The notes: generated from the letters alone by a model not told the origin. DNA of 27,143 nucleotides from Candidatus Aminicenantales bacterium (GCA_049512315.1 JBEKXF010000004.1:62001-89143), one strand, 5' to 3'; counted from the first letter of the stretch, positions 1-8,870 are shown. Numbers and translations are program-made.

Positions 1-255
1 CGCAGCGCGGGGATCGACCTGATCATCAGGCTGAAGAAATGGCGGAAAGGCTTCGAGGTCGATCGCCTGGGCCTCAAGGTCGCCGATGACGAGTCCATCC
101 TGGGCGAAAAGGTCCCCCAGCTCGCGATCCCGGTGGCTCCGGGGCGGAACATGGCCACTTTGATCGAAGTGGCCTGCAAGGTCCACCTCCTCCGGAAGCG
201 GGGATACCACGCGCCGGCCGAGATCATCAAGCGGCTGAACAGGGTCCTCGGTTGA
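1..255 (+). CDS. hprK: HPr kinase/phosphorylase, C-terminal fragment (5' end outside window)
   Basis: Frame 1 from base 1 reads RSAGIDLIIRLKKWRKGFEVDRLGL...IPVAPGRNMATLIEVA...RVLG* (TGA 253-255). DRLG and IPVxPGRN are HprK C-terminal signatures, and it sits before rapZ and the PTS genes. Confidence 0.9.
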   Translation, partial: RSAGIDLIIRLKKWRKGFEVDRLGLKVADDESILGEKVPQLAIPVAPGRNMATLIEVACKVHLLRKRGYHAPAEIIKRLNRVLG

Positions 256-263
256 GGGACAGC

Positions 264-1133
264 ATGAAGAATTCCTTGAAGGACAACCGGTTCCTGATCA
301 TCACTGGGCTCTCCGGATCGGGGAAGACCGTCGTCAGCCGCTTCCTGGAGGACATGGGGTACTACTGCGTCGACAACCTCCCGGCCAAGCTCATCCCGGA
401 GTTCGTCGATCTCTGGCTGAAGAAAAAGGTCGAGATCGACCGGGTGGCCCTGGTCATGGACATCCGGGAGCCGAGGTTCGTGACCGAGTTCCCGAGAGTT
501 CTCCGGGAGATCCGGAAAAGCGCCCCGGCCAAGCTCGTGTTCCTCGACGCCTCCGACGAGTGCCTCGTCAAGAGGTTCAGCGAGACCCGGCGGCCCCACC
601 CGCTGACCCGGAGGAAGCCCATCCTGGAGGGCGTCCGCATGGAGCGGAAGCGGCTCCTGGACATCAAGAAGATGGCCGACGAAGTCGTCGACACATCGAA
701 CCTGACCCTCTCCCAGCTCAAGGAGGCGGTCAGTCAGAAGGTCTTGAAGTCCCGGACGCTCCGGATGCAGACCGTCATCATCAGCTTCGGCTACAAATAC
801 GGGATCCCCCTGGATTCCGACCTCGTCTTCGATACCCGATTCCTGCCCAATCCGTTCTATGTGGACCGGCTTCGGGACAGGAACGGAAAGACCCGGAGCG
901 TCCGGGACTTCGTCCTCGGCTCGCCGGGGGCCCGGGCCTTCATCCGGGAGCTCGTCCGCTTCACGGACTTCTTGATCCCCCGCTTCGTCAAGGAGGGGAA
1001 GAGCACGCTGACCGTGTCGATTGGCTGCACGGGCGGCAAGCACAGGTCCGTCGTGATCGCCGAGGAGCTCCGGACGCACTTGAGGAGAACGGGCGGGGAC
1101 ATCAAGATTTATCACCGGGACCTTTATAAATAG
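264..1133 (+). CDS. rapZ: RNase adapter RapZ / YvcJ P-loop protein
   Basis: Motifs IITGLSGSGKT (Walker A), CVDNLP, RFSETRRPHPL, SFGYKYG, FDTRFLPNP, GCTGGKHRSV. ATG 264 after GAGGG preferred over the TTG at 252. Confidence 0.95.
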   Translation: MKNSLKDNRFLIITGLSGSGKTVVSRFLEDMGYYCVDNLPAKLIPEFVDLWLKKKVEIDRVALVMDIREPRFVTEFPRVLREIRKSAPAKLVFLDASDECLVKRFSETRRPHPLTRRKPILEGVRMERKRLLDIKKMADEVVDTSNLTLSQLKEAVSQKVLKSRTLRMQTVIISFGYKYGIPLDSDLVFDTRFLPNPFYVDRLRDRNGKTRSVRDFVLGSPGARAFIRELVRFTDFLIPRFVKEGKSTLTVSIGCTGGKHRSVVIAEELRTHLRRTGGDIKIYHRDLYK

Positions 1134-1151
1134 GCGCCCTTTTTATACAAT
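1123..1151 (+). promoter_or_regulatory. Putative sigma70 promoter for EIIA-ptsH-ptsI
   Basis: TTTATA(1123-1128)-17 bp-TACAAT(1146-1151), in an AT-rich patch of a GC-rich sequence. Confidence 0.5.
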
Positions 1152-1227
1152 AAGGGCTTGAGCGCGGCCCCGAAGCGCCGGCCGGCGGAAAGGCGAAGAC
1201 GAAAAGCGAGAGCAGGATTCGACGACT

Positions 1228-1635
1228 ATGATCGGCGGCATCATTGTTTGTCACGGCAAGATCGCCGAGGAGCTCCTCAACGCCCTCACGAGTATCCTCG
1301 GCGAGGCCCCCAACATCGAGGCCATCTCCATCGGCTGGTATGACGATGTCGAGGACTCGAAAAAGAAGATCAGCCAGAGCCTCAAGCGGGTGGACCAGAA
1401 GAACGGAGTCGTCATCTTCACCGACATGTTCGGCGGGACCCCGTCCAACCTGAGCTTCGGCTTCCTCAAGGAGAACCAGGTGGAGATCATCACCGGAGTC
1501 AATCTCCCCATGCTCATCAAATTCGTCTCCCTCCAGAGGAGCAACGCCCTCAAGGAGGTCGCCAAGAAGGTCGTCGACCAGGGCAAGAAGAACATCCATC
1601 TGGTCAGCGCCCTGCTGAGCTCCCGCGCGAAATAG
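1228..1635 (+). CDS. PTS mannose/fructose-family EIIA component
   Basis: IIVCHG (phospho-His), FTDMFGGTPSN and GVNLPMLI are EIIA-Man motifs. Confidence 0.93.
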   Translation: MIGGIIVCHGKIAEELLNALTSILGEAPNIEAISIGWYDDVEDSKKKISQSLKRVDQKNGVVIFTDMFGGTPSNLSFGFLKENQVEIITGVNLPMLIKFVSLQRSNALKEVAKKVVDQGKKNIHLVSALLSSRAK

Positions 1636-1641
1636 CCGCTG

Positions 1642-1911
1642 ATGCTCGAGAAGAAGATCACGATCAAGAACAAGCTGGGCCTCCACGCCCGGGCGGCGGT
1701 CAAATTCGTCAACCTGGCCAACCGGTTCAGCTCGGCCGTAAAGATCATCAAGGACGGAAACGAGATTGACGGCAAGAGCATCCTGGGTATCCTCACCCTG
1801 GCGGCCACCCAGGGGTCCCAGATCGCCCTGACCGTTTCCGGCAAGGACGAGGCGGCGGCCCTCGAGGCCCTGACAGAGCTCATCAACAACCGGTTCGACG
1901 AGAAAGAATAG
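1642..1911 (+). CDS. ptsH: Phosphocarrier protein HPr
   Basis: 89 aa; GLHARAA (His15) and DGKSILG (Ser46, the HprK site). Confidence 0.95.
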   Translation: MLEKKITIKNKLGLHARAAVKFVNLANRFSSAVKIIKDGNEIDGKSILGILTLAATQGSQIALTVSGKDEAAALEALTELINNRFDEKE

Positions 1912-1917
1912 ACGGGC

Positions 1918-3717
1918 ATGGACATCATCAGACTGAAGGGCATCGGCGTTTCGCCGGGGATCGCCATGGGCGAGGTCCTGGTCCCCAAACAGGTCGTCTT
2001 CACGTCGCGGAAGGAGCTCATCCCGGCCTCGGAGGTCGAGGGCGAGCTGAAGCGCCTCGGGAGGGCCATCGAGAGGACCAAGGCCGACATCATCCAGGTC
2101 CGGGAGAAGATCAAGGAGAAGATGGGGGAAGAGGACTCCTTCATCTTCGAAGCGCACCTCCTGATCCTCGAGGACCCCTCCCTCATCACGGGTCTGGACA
2201 AGATCATCCGGGAAGAGAGGGCCCGGGCCGAATGGGCCCTGTCCAAAACGAACAGCCGCTACGAGCAACTGTTCGAATCCCTCAACGACGATTATTTCCG
2301 CCAGAGGAAATCCGACGTCTCGGACGTCCTCAGCCGGATCTACAGGAACCTCGAGGTGGAGACCCGGACGGAGAAAGAAAAGGCGCCCGGCCGCCAGCAC
2401 GTCCTCATCGCCCACGAGCTCCTGCCCTCCGAGGCGGCCATCCGGCTCGGGCGCGAGACCACCCTCGGCGTCGCCCTCGACATGGGAGGCGGGACCTCGC
2501 ACACGGCCATCCTGGCCCGGTCGATGAGCATCCCCGCCGTCCTCGGCCTCCGGAACGTCACGGCGCACGTCCGGGAAGGGGATTTTGTGATCGTCGACGG
2601 CACGGGCGGCGAGGTCATCATCAACCCGCCCGCGGCCGTCCGGCGTGAATACCAGGCCAAGAAGGAAAAGTACGACAATTATCGCCGGGAGCTCCAGAAG
2701 ACGGCCCGGCTCAAGCCGGTGACCCTGGACCGGGTCCGGGTGAGCCTCCTGGCCAATATCGAGCTCCCCGAAGAAGTGAGCCAGTCTATGTCCTTGGGCG
2801 CGCAGGGCGTGGGACTATTCCGGTCGGAGTTCATCTACCTGAGGACGACGTCCCTGCCCGGCGAAGAGGACCACCTGGCCATCTACTCCCGGATCGCCCG
2901 GGAGGCGGCCCCCCACCCGGTGTACATCCGGACCCTCGATATCGGCGGGGAGAAATCCCTGCCCCAGCTCAACATCGAACAGGAGCCCAACCCGGCCCTC
3001 GGGCTGCGGGGCGTGCGGTTCTCTTTGAGGAACAAGCCGCTCTTCCGGATCCAGCTCCGGGCCATCCTCCGGGCCAGCCGGCAGAAAAACATCCGGATCC
3101 TCATCCCCATGGTGACCGAGGTCGAGGAGATCATCGAGGTCAAGGACATCCTCGAGGACGTCAAAGCCGAGCTCCGCCGCGAGAAGCAAAAGTTCGACGA
3201 AAGGATCCCCCTCGGCGTCATGATCGAGGTCCCGGCGGCCGCGGCCATGACCGACTTGATGCTCCGGGAAGTGGATTACGTCAGCATCGGGACGAACGAC
3301 CTCATCCAGTATTTCCTGGCGATCGACCGGTCCAACGAGTTCGTCTCGTACCTCTACAAGCCCTTTCACCCCGCCGTGCTCCGACTCATCCGCTCGGTCA
3401 TCCAGTCCGCCGAGAAAATGGGGAAGGACGTCACGGTCTGCGGCGAGATGGCCGCCGACCCGCTGTCCGCCATCGTCCTCGCGGGCTTCGGGCTGAGGAC
3501 GTTCAGCATGAACCCCATCTTTATCCCCCGGGTCAAGAAAGCGCTGCGGGCGATCGAGGTGAAGACGGCCGAGAAAATCGTCGCGGAGGCGATGAAGCTC
3601 AGAAGCGCACAAGAAATCGAGGAGTACGTCATCGAGGAGATTCTCGTGAAGCACCCCCAGGTTTTTCTCGGCAACCGGCCCTCCGAGCCTGGGCCGGGGC
3701 GGGGAAAGCCCAGCTGA
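1918..3717 (+). CDS. ptsI: PEP-protein phosphotransferase (PTS enzyme I)
   Basis: Motifs GVSPGIAMG, GGGTSHTAILAR (phospho-His), GVGLFRSEF, EPNPALGLRGVR, SIGTNDLIQY, CGEMA. No N-terminal GAF domain. Confidence 0.95.
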   Translation: MDIIRLKGIGVSPGIAMGEVLVPKQVVFTSRKELIPASEVEGELKRLGRAIERTKADIIQVREKIKEKMGEEDSFIFEAHLLILEDPSLITGLDKIIREERARAEWALSKTNSRYEQLFESLNDDYFRQRKSDVSDVLSRIYRNLEVETRTEKEKAPGRQHVLIAHELLPSEAAIRLGRETTLGVALDMGGGTSHTAILARSMSIPAVLGLRNVTAHVREGDFVIVDGTGGEVIINPPAAVRREYQAKKEKYDNYRRELQKTARLKPVTLDRVRVSLLANIELPEEVSQSMSLGAQGVGLFRSEFIYLRTTSLPGEEDHLAIYSRIAREAAPHPVYIRTLDIGGEKSLPQLNIEQEPNPALGLRGVRFSLRNKPLFRIQLRAILRASRQKNIRILIPMVTEVEEIIEVKDILEDVKAELRREKQKFDERIPLGVMIEVPAAAAMTDLMLREVDYVSIGTNDLIQYFLAIDRSNEFVSYLYKPFHPAVLRLIRSVIQSAEKMGKDVTVCGEMAADPLSAIVLAGFGLRTFSMNPIFIPRVKKALRAIEVKTAEKIVAEAMKLRSAQEIEEYVIEEILVKHPQVFLGNRPSEPGPGRGKPS

Positions 3718-3804
3718 TAGCCGCCCGGCAATCCCCGAAATATCTCCCGCTCGGGCGGCAATAAAGACCGCCCTCATGTTCTCGCCGCAGCTTTAAAGGG
3801 CGAA

Positions 3805-4185
3805 TCAGTTCCGGCCGTAATCGTCTTTGAGCCGGACGATGTCGGACTCTCCCGATCGGCCGATCCAGATCTCCATGACCCGGGCCAGCGCAGGTCCGGG
3901 ATTGCGGAGGCGGTGGGGGGTCCCGCGGGGGATGTAGATCTCCTCGTTGGCGGCGGGGGAGAAGATCCGGTCGCCGACCGTGACCTCCAAGCCCTGGTCG
4001 AGGACGACCCAGTACTCATCCCTTCGGTCGTGGTACTGGAGCGAGAGGACGCCGCCCGGGTCGACCGTGATGATCTTGATGCTCCCGGCCTCTTCGTGCG
4101 GGTAGCGGCGGAACATGCCCCAGGGGCGGCGGTCTTCGACGATTCCGGCCCGGAAGGCGTCTTCGGTTCGTTGTTTCTTTGTCAT
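3805..4185 (-). CDS. Cupin, stand-alone type II mannose-6-phosphate isomerase C-terminal domain
   Basis: DRRPWG, LSLQYHDRRDEYWVV, PHRLRNPG and ESDIVRLKDDYGR match the MannoseP_isomer cupin. Start taken as ATG 4185 (MTKKQ), not the GTG/TTG extension to 4248. Confidence 0.85.
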   Translation of the reverse strand: MTKKQRTEDAFRAGIVEDRRPWGMFRRYPHEEAGSIKIITVDPGGVLSLQYHDRRDEYWVVLDQGLEVTVGDRIFSPAANEEIYIPRGTPHRLRNPGPALARVMEIWIGRSGESDIVRLKDDYGRN

Positions 4186-4279
4186 CGGCGAAACCATGCT
4201 GCCGACCGGGCGAAAGGAGATGGCCGGGCTCGCTCCGCCCGCCCGCAATGACCCGGCAATGATCGGGCGCGCGCCGGGC

Positions 4280-4756
4280 TTAGAACGGGACGTCGTCTTC
4301 GCCGCCGCCCGTGGCGGGCTCGTCGTCCGGCGGGAATTCTCCTCCGGCCGGGGCAGCGCCGCGGGCTTCGTAGTCGGGCGCCTCGGCCGCGGCTCCGCCT
4401 CCGTAGTCCTCCCGCTTGCCCAGGAGGATGATGTTTTCGGCTTCGATCTCGGTCGTCGTCCGCTTGTTCCCGTCCTTGTCCTGCCAACTCCGGGTCCGGA
4501 GCTTGCCCTCGATGAGGATCAGTTTGCCCTTGTCCAGGTACTTCTCACAGAACTCGGCCTGCTTTCCCCAGACGACGATCTTGTGCCATTCGGTCCGGTC
4601 CTTGGTCTCCCGGGTGGCCGTGTTAACGAATCTTTCGTTTGTGGCCAGGGTAAAGCGGGCGACCTGCCGCTCCTTCTGGGGGAGATACTTCATCTCGGGC
4701 TTTTGGCCGAGCCGGCCGACGAGGATGACCTTGTTCAAGCTGTTGGTGTCTCTCAT
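4280..4756 (-). CDS. ssb: Single-stranded DNA-binding protein
   Basis: LNKVILVGRLG, TEWHKIVVWG, EGKLRTRSW and acidic DDVPF C-terminal tip. Confidence 0.96.
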   Translation of the reverse strand: MRDTNSLNKVILVGRLGQKPEMKYLPQKERQVARFTLATNERFVNTATRETKDRTEWHKIVVWGKQAEFCEKYLDKGKLILIEGKLRTRSWQDKDGNKRTTTEIEAENIILLGKREDYGGGAAAEAPDYEARGAAPAGGEFPPDDEPATGGGEDDVPF

Positions 4757-5607
4757 TTTTCCGTCAACTCTTTGATTTTGTCCAGGGCGATCTTGGTCTC
4801 TTCCTGGAGAGGATATTTCGTCACGAGGAGTTTGAACGCCGCCAGGGCCTCCTCCTTCTTCCCGAGCTCCATGTAGCTGATGCCCTTCTTGAGATGGGCG
4901 GCCGCGACCTTGTCGCCTTCGGGGTACGTCAGGATGACATCGTTGAAGTCGTCGATGGCCTCATCGTACCTTTTCTGGCTGAAACGGCATTCGCCGATCC
5001 AGTAGAGGGCATTGTCGGCCAACGGGCTGTCCGGGAACTGCTGCCGGTAGAGCCTGAAGCTCTCGACGGCCAGGTCGTAGTTGCCCTTGAGGTAATCGTT
5101 GTAGGCCATCCGGTAGGCTTGCTGCGGGGAGATGTTCGTGACCGGAGCGGGAGGGGTCTGGGCGGGGGACCGGTCGGACGGCGCGGCCTGACCGGGCTTC
5201 GTCTCGGGCTTTTTCTGCGGGGCCGCCTCGCCGGGTCCGGCCGGGCGCGGTTCCGAGGCCCGCGCGGCCGCGAGGTCCTGGGAGACCTTCTGGACGTCGA
5301 GGCTGAGCTGGTCGATCCGCCGGAGGAGGTCCTGGTACTGGGAGGGGACGGCCCTCACGTCGTCCTTGAAGCCGGCCTGGTCGGCGATCGATTGGCGGAC
5401 GAGGTCGGCCAGGGCCTTGATCTCACTGTGGAGGGCCCGGACCTCCTCCGAGCTCCTGTCGAGGCGGGTCCGGAGGTCCTGGACCTGGTCCTTGAGGATC
5501 TGGACGTCCTGATAGATGAGCTCGTAGGTCTTCTTCGTCTTGTCCTGCCCGGCCGCGGCCAGGGAGAGGCAGGCAAAAAGAAGGGCCCCGAGGACTTTCT
5601 TGAGCAC
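4753..5607 (-). CDS. cpoB: Tol-Pal system protein CpoB/YbgF (coiled coil plus TPR)
   Basis: Signal peptide, coiled coil, Pro-rich linker, TPR (AYNDYLKGNYDLA, LADNALYWIGE); directly downstream of pal. Confidence 0.9.
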   Translation of the reverse strand: MLKKVLGALLFACLSLAAAGQDKTKKTYELIYQDVQILKDQVQDLRTRLDRSSEEVRALHSEIKALADLVRQSIADQAGFKDDVRAVPSQYQDLLRRIDQLSLDVQKVSQDLAAARASEPRPAGPGEAAPQKKPETKPGQAAPSDRSPAQTPPAPVTNISPQQAYRMAYNDYLKGNYDLAVESFRLYRQQFPDSPLADNALYWIGECRFSQKRYDEAIDDFNDVILTYPEGDKVAAAHLKKGISYMELGKKEEALAAFKLLVTKYPLQEETKIALDKIKELTEK

Positions 5608-5610
5608 GGG

Positions 5611-6159
5611 CTATTTTTCGATGATCATGAACTGGGCGCGCCGGTTCTTCTGCCAGGCGGCCTCGTCATGACCCGGGTCGAGCGGCTGGCTCTTCCCGTA
5701 GGAGATGATCTTGATCCGGCCCGGGGAGATCCCCAGGGTGCCCATGTAATCCATGGTGCCCTTGGCCCGCTTCTCGCCCAGAGCGAGGTTGTATTCCTCC
5801 GTGCCGCGCTCGTCGCAGTGGCCTTCGATGAGGACCTTGATCGTCCTGAACTTGTTCAGCCAGGCCGCGTTCGTCTCGAGGACGGGTTTGGCGTCTTCGC
5901 GGACGAGGGCCTTGTCATAGTCGAAATAGATGTTGGCGAGCGGCTTTTCCTTGTTGATCTGCTCAAGCGACTTCTGGAGGAAGATCTCCTCCTCGGACAC
6001 TGCGGGCTCTTTCACGACCGGCTCTTCGACCTTCTCGACCTTGGGCTGTTCCTGCGCCTGCGGGGGCGGCGGGGGGACTTCCTTGGGTTTTTTCTTGCAC
6101 GAGACGGAGAACGAGAAAACGAGGATGATGGCGAGCGATAGGATGAATAGCTTCTTCAT
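5611..6159 (-). CDS. pal: Peptidoglycan-associated lipoprotein Pal
   Basis: Lipoprotein signal MKKLFILS...SVS-C; IYFDYDK, IEGHCDERGTEEYNLALGEKRA, KNRRA. ATG 6159 is preceded by GGAGGAGG. Confidence 0.95.
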   Translation of the reverse strand: MKKLFILSLAIILVFSFSVSCKKKPKEVPPPPPQAQEQPKVEKVEEPVVKEPAVSEEEIFLQKSLEQINKEKPLANIYFDYDKALVREDAKPVLETNAAWLNKFRTIKVLIEGHCDERGTEEYNLALGEKRAKGTMDYMGTLGISPGRIKIISYGKSQPLDPGHDEAAWQKNRRAQFMIIEK

Positions 6160-6222
6160 AGAACCTCCTCCTGGTGGATCTTGGGGCGCGAACTCCCCCT
6201 CGGGGGGTATTCGACACTCCTC

Positions 6223-6251
6223 CTTATACAATGAGAGGTGAGCGGTGTCAA
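6223..6251 (-). promoter_or_regulatory. Putative internal sigma70 promoter for pal-cpoB-ssb
   Basis: Minus strand TTGACA(6251-6246)-17 bp-TATAAG(6228-6223). Confidence 0.6.
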
Positions 6252-6277
6252 TACGACGTCCGGCCCCGCCGGCGGTC

Positions 6278-7579
6278 TCAGTTCGTCCAGTTGGCGAGCT
6301 TGTTCTCCCCGCGGTCCGTGAGCCGCCGGAGGTTGGTCCCGTCGTAGTCGATCGTATAAAGCTGGATGGAACCCGACATGTTCGAGGTGAAGACGAGGTG
6401 GCGCCCGTCGGGCGACCAGCTCGGCGACTCGTTCCGGGCGTTGGATTCGGTCATCTTGCTGATCTGATTGGTCCGGAGGTTGAGGAGGTAGATGTCGAAG
6501 AGGTTCTCGACGCGGGAGACATAGGCGATCCGGTCGCCGGTCGGGGACCAGGCGGGCGAGTCGTGGTAATTGCCGCCGAAGCTCACCTTCCGGACGTTCG
6601 AGCCCTCGGCGTCCATGATGTAGATCTGGGGGGCGCCCTGGCCTGTCCGGTCGCTCGTGAAGGCGATCTCGCGGCCTGTGGGCGACCAGGACGGAGCCGT
6701 ATCGATAGCGCTGTTGTAGGTCAGTCTCTTGGTCTTCATGGTCGCGAGGTCAAGGACGTAGATCTCGGCGTTCCCGTCCTCGCTCATGGTCGAGCAAAAG
6801 GCCAGCTTTTTCCCGTCGGGGGAGAAGGCGGGCGAATAGTTCGTCCCCTTGGCGGCAATAAGCGTCTCCTTGCCGTCGTAAATGTTCCGCATGTACAGGT
6901 CGGCGTTGCTCCTCTTGTAGGACGTGAAGGCGATGGACCTCTGGTCGGGCGACCAGGCCGGCATGTAATCCTTGATCTTGTTGAACGTGATCCGCGTCTG
7001 GTTCGCGCCGTCGTAGTCCATCATGTAGATCTCGTCGTTGCCGTCGCGGTTGCTGACGAAGGCCAGCCGCGTCGAAAAGACCGGCTTTTCCCCGTAGAGC
7101 TTCATGAGCTCGTCGGCCATCCGGTGGCCGATGAGACGGAGGCCGCTCTTTTCGGCCTGGTAGCGCTTACCGACGATGAACCGTTCGCTCTTGACGTCGT
7201 AGATCTTGCCGTCGAAGACCGTCCGTCCCGCTTCGTCGTCCCGGACCTCGCCGGTGACGAGGAGCTTGGCCTGGATCGAGTCCCAGTCCTTGAAGTTGAT
7301 CTTCTCCGTGTTCGTCAGGCGCCCGATGTAGTCGTAATAGCTCTTGGGCAGGAGCTGGAAGATCCGGCTGTACTTGATGTCGTCGGAGAGGGTCTGCTGG
7401 ATCTCCTGGGCGGCCGCCTGGGCCTGGGGCGACGCGGAGCGGACAATGAAGGCCGGCAGGGCCACGGAGACCATGGGCATGCCTTCGCTGATCTTCAGCA
7501 GGACCTCCTGCTGGGCCGGCAGGACGCCCGCCGCCAGGGTCAGGAAGAGGAATCCGGTCAAGATTCTTTTTGTTTTCAT
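6278..7579 (-). CDS. tolB: Tol-Pal beta-propeller protein TolB
   Basis: Signal peptide, TolB_N (HRMADE), repeated PAWSPD/PSWSP PD40 blades. Confidence 0.95.
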   Translation of the reverse strand: MKTKRILTGFLFLTLAAGVLPAQQEVLLKISEGMPMVSVALPAFIVRSASPQAQAAAQEIQQTLSDDIKYSRIFQLLPKSYYDYIGRLTNTEKINFKDWDSIQAKLLVTGEVRDDEAGRTVFDGKIYDVKSERFIVGKRYQAEKSGLRLIGHRMADELMKLYGEKPVFSTRLAFVSNRDGNDEIYMMDYDGANQTRITFNKIKDYMPAWSPDQRSIAFTSYKRSNADLYMRNIYDGKETLIAAKGTNYSPAFSPDGKKLAFCSTMSEDGNAEIYVLDLATMKTKRLTYNSAIDTAPSWSPTGREIAFTSDRTGQGAPQIYIMDAEGSNVRKVSFGGNYHDSPAWSPTGDRIAYVSRVENLFDIYLLNLRTNQISKMTESNARNESPSWSPDGRHLVFTSNMSGSIQLYTIDYDGTNLRRLTDRGENKLANWTN

Positions 7580-8421
7580 CGGGAATGCTCGAAGATGAGA
7601 TGGATGCCGAGGAATTGGCCGTCGTATTCGGCCGGAAGGGGCGCGAACGGGGAGGCCGTCTGGATCGCCCGGAGGGCCGAGAGGTCGAAGGCGGGGACGC
7701 CGCTCGAGACCTCGACCTTCAAGTCCGAGACCTGGCCGTTCCTGTAGACCTTGAAATAGACCTGGGTCTGGAACTGGCCGCTGACGCCGGGGTCGACGAG
7801 AGAGGTGAACCAGCTCGAGGAGATCCTATCGGACAGGAACTGCAGGTAATAGGTGAACGGGAACCCGGAGACGCCGAAGGGTTCGCCGGACCCGCCGCCG
7901 GTGCCGCCTCCTGTCCCGCCGCCCGTCCCCCCGGCCCCAGTCCCGAACCGCAGGCCGTAACCGGGGCCTTGGCCGCCGCCCTGGCCGGATGCCGCGGGCG
8001 CAGATGGGGTTCCGGCTCCCGTCGCGGCGGCCGTCGATGGTTGGGGCTTGGTGATGGCAGCCTTTTTCTCCGGAGCCTTCTTGGCCGTCTTGGGCTTGTC
8101 GACGGGGTGACGCATCCCGGCCTTGTCGTCGGCCTTGACCTTCTCGGGAACGGTCAAGTCCTTGAGGGTTTCCTTCGTTTTCGGCGGCGGGAGAGGCTGG
8201 ACGATGATTTCGCCGCCGCCGGGTCCCCCGCCGGACCCGCCGCCCGTCCCCCCGCCGCCGGGGGAGCCGATGAAGTTGACATACTGGACAAGTCCCTTCT
8301 GTGGCGGCTTTGAGAGGGATGGGGAGGCCACGATGAAGGCGATGAGCCCGCCGTGAAGGAGGGCCGAAAAGAGCAGGGCCCTCCGGAAAGCCTTGGGCAT
8401 GCCCCGGTTGGCCGTGGTCAT
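7576..8421 (-). CDS. TolA/TonB-family energy transducer (TM anchor, Gly/Pro/Lys-rich linker, TonB_C-like domain)
   Basis: TM segment with SALLH motif; C-terminal SSGVPAFDLSALRAI...PFAPLP; located between tolR and tolB. Confidence 0.85.
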   Translation of the reverse strand: MTTANRGMPKAFRRALLFSALLHGGLIAFIVASPSLSKPPQKGLVQYVNFIGSPGGGGTGGGSGGGPGGGEIIVQPLPPPKTKETLKDLTVPEKVKADDKAGMRHPVDKPKTAKKAPEKKAAITKPQPSTAAATGAGTPSAPAASGQGGGQGPGYGLRFGTGAGGTGGGTGGGTGGGSGEPFGVSGFPFTYYLQFLSDRISSSWFTSLVDPGVSGQFQTQVYFKVYRNGQVSDLKVEVSSGVPAFDLSALRAIQTASPFAPLPAEYDGQFLGIHLIFEHSR

Positions 8422-8870
8422 TTTTTCTTGTCTTTGATATCGATGGGCTCGGTGATAATCCCGATGACCTCGACACCCGCTTTTTTAGTTATGTCCATGA
8501 TCCGGACGATGACCCCGTAGGGGAGGGCCTCGTCGGCCTGGAGGTAGACGATCTTTTTCGGCTTGTTGAAGAAGTACTCGCTGAGGCGGCGTTCCAGGAG
8601 GTTGATGTTGACGGTCGATTCGCCGATATGGATGTACTGGTCTTTGGTGACGGTCAGGGTCAGCCCCTCCTCGGCCGGCTTGGAGTCCGTTTCGGCCTGG
8701 GGCAGGTTGATGCCGATCCCGGACTGCATCATCGGGGCCGTCACCATGAAGATGACGAGAAGGACGAGCATGACGTCGACGAAAGGCGTGACGTTGATCT
8801 CCGAGAGGGACGTGCCGACCTGCCGCCGGCCCCGCGAGGCCGACGGCAGGGACTGGGTGCTAAGAGCCAT
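8418..8870 (-). CDS. tolR: TolR/ExbD
   Basis: EINVTPFVDVMLVLLVIFMVTAP motif; operon context. Confidence 0.92.
   Translation of the reverse strand: MALSTQSLPSASRGRRQVGTSLSEINVTPFVDVMLVLLVIFMVTAPMMQSGIGINLPQAETDSKPAEEGLTLTVTKDQYIHIGESTVNINLLERRLSEYFFNKPKKIVYLQADEALPYGVIVRIMDITKKAGVEVIGIITEPIDIKDKKK

Noticed and set aside
1158..1227. Purine-rich EIIA leader with several GNRA-like tetramers, and the 61-aa ORF 1158-1343
   Set aside because: Stems are only 2-3 bp and no coherent fold is evident; the ORF overlaps EIIA out of frame.
3720..3759. GCCGCCCG/CGGGCGGC inverted repeat as a bidirectional terminator after ptsI
   Set aside because: 24-nt loop and no clear U-tract; plausible but too weak to call.
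6160..6231. N-terminal extensions in the ORF track for pal (also tolQ, the ECF sigma and the cupin)
   Set aside because: The extensions overlap predicted promoters or intergenic repeat-like DNA; downstream starts fit the SD, signal peptide or family length better.
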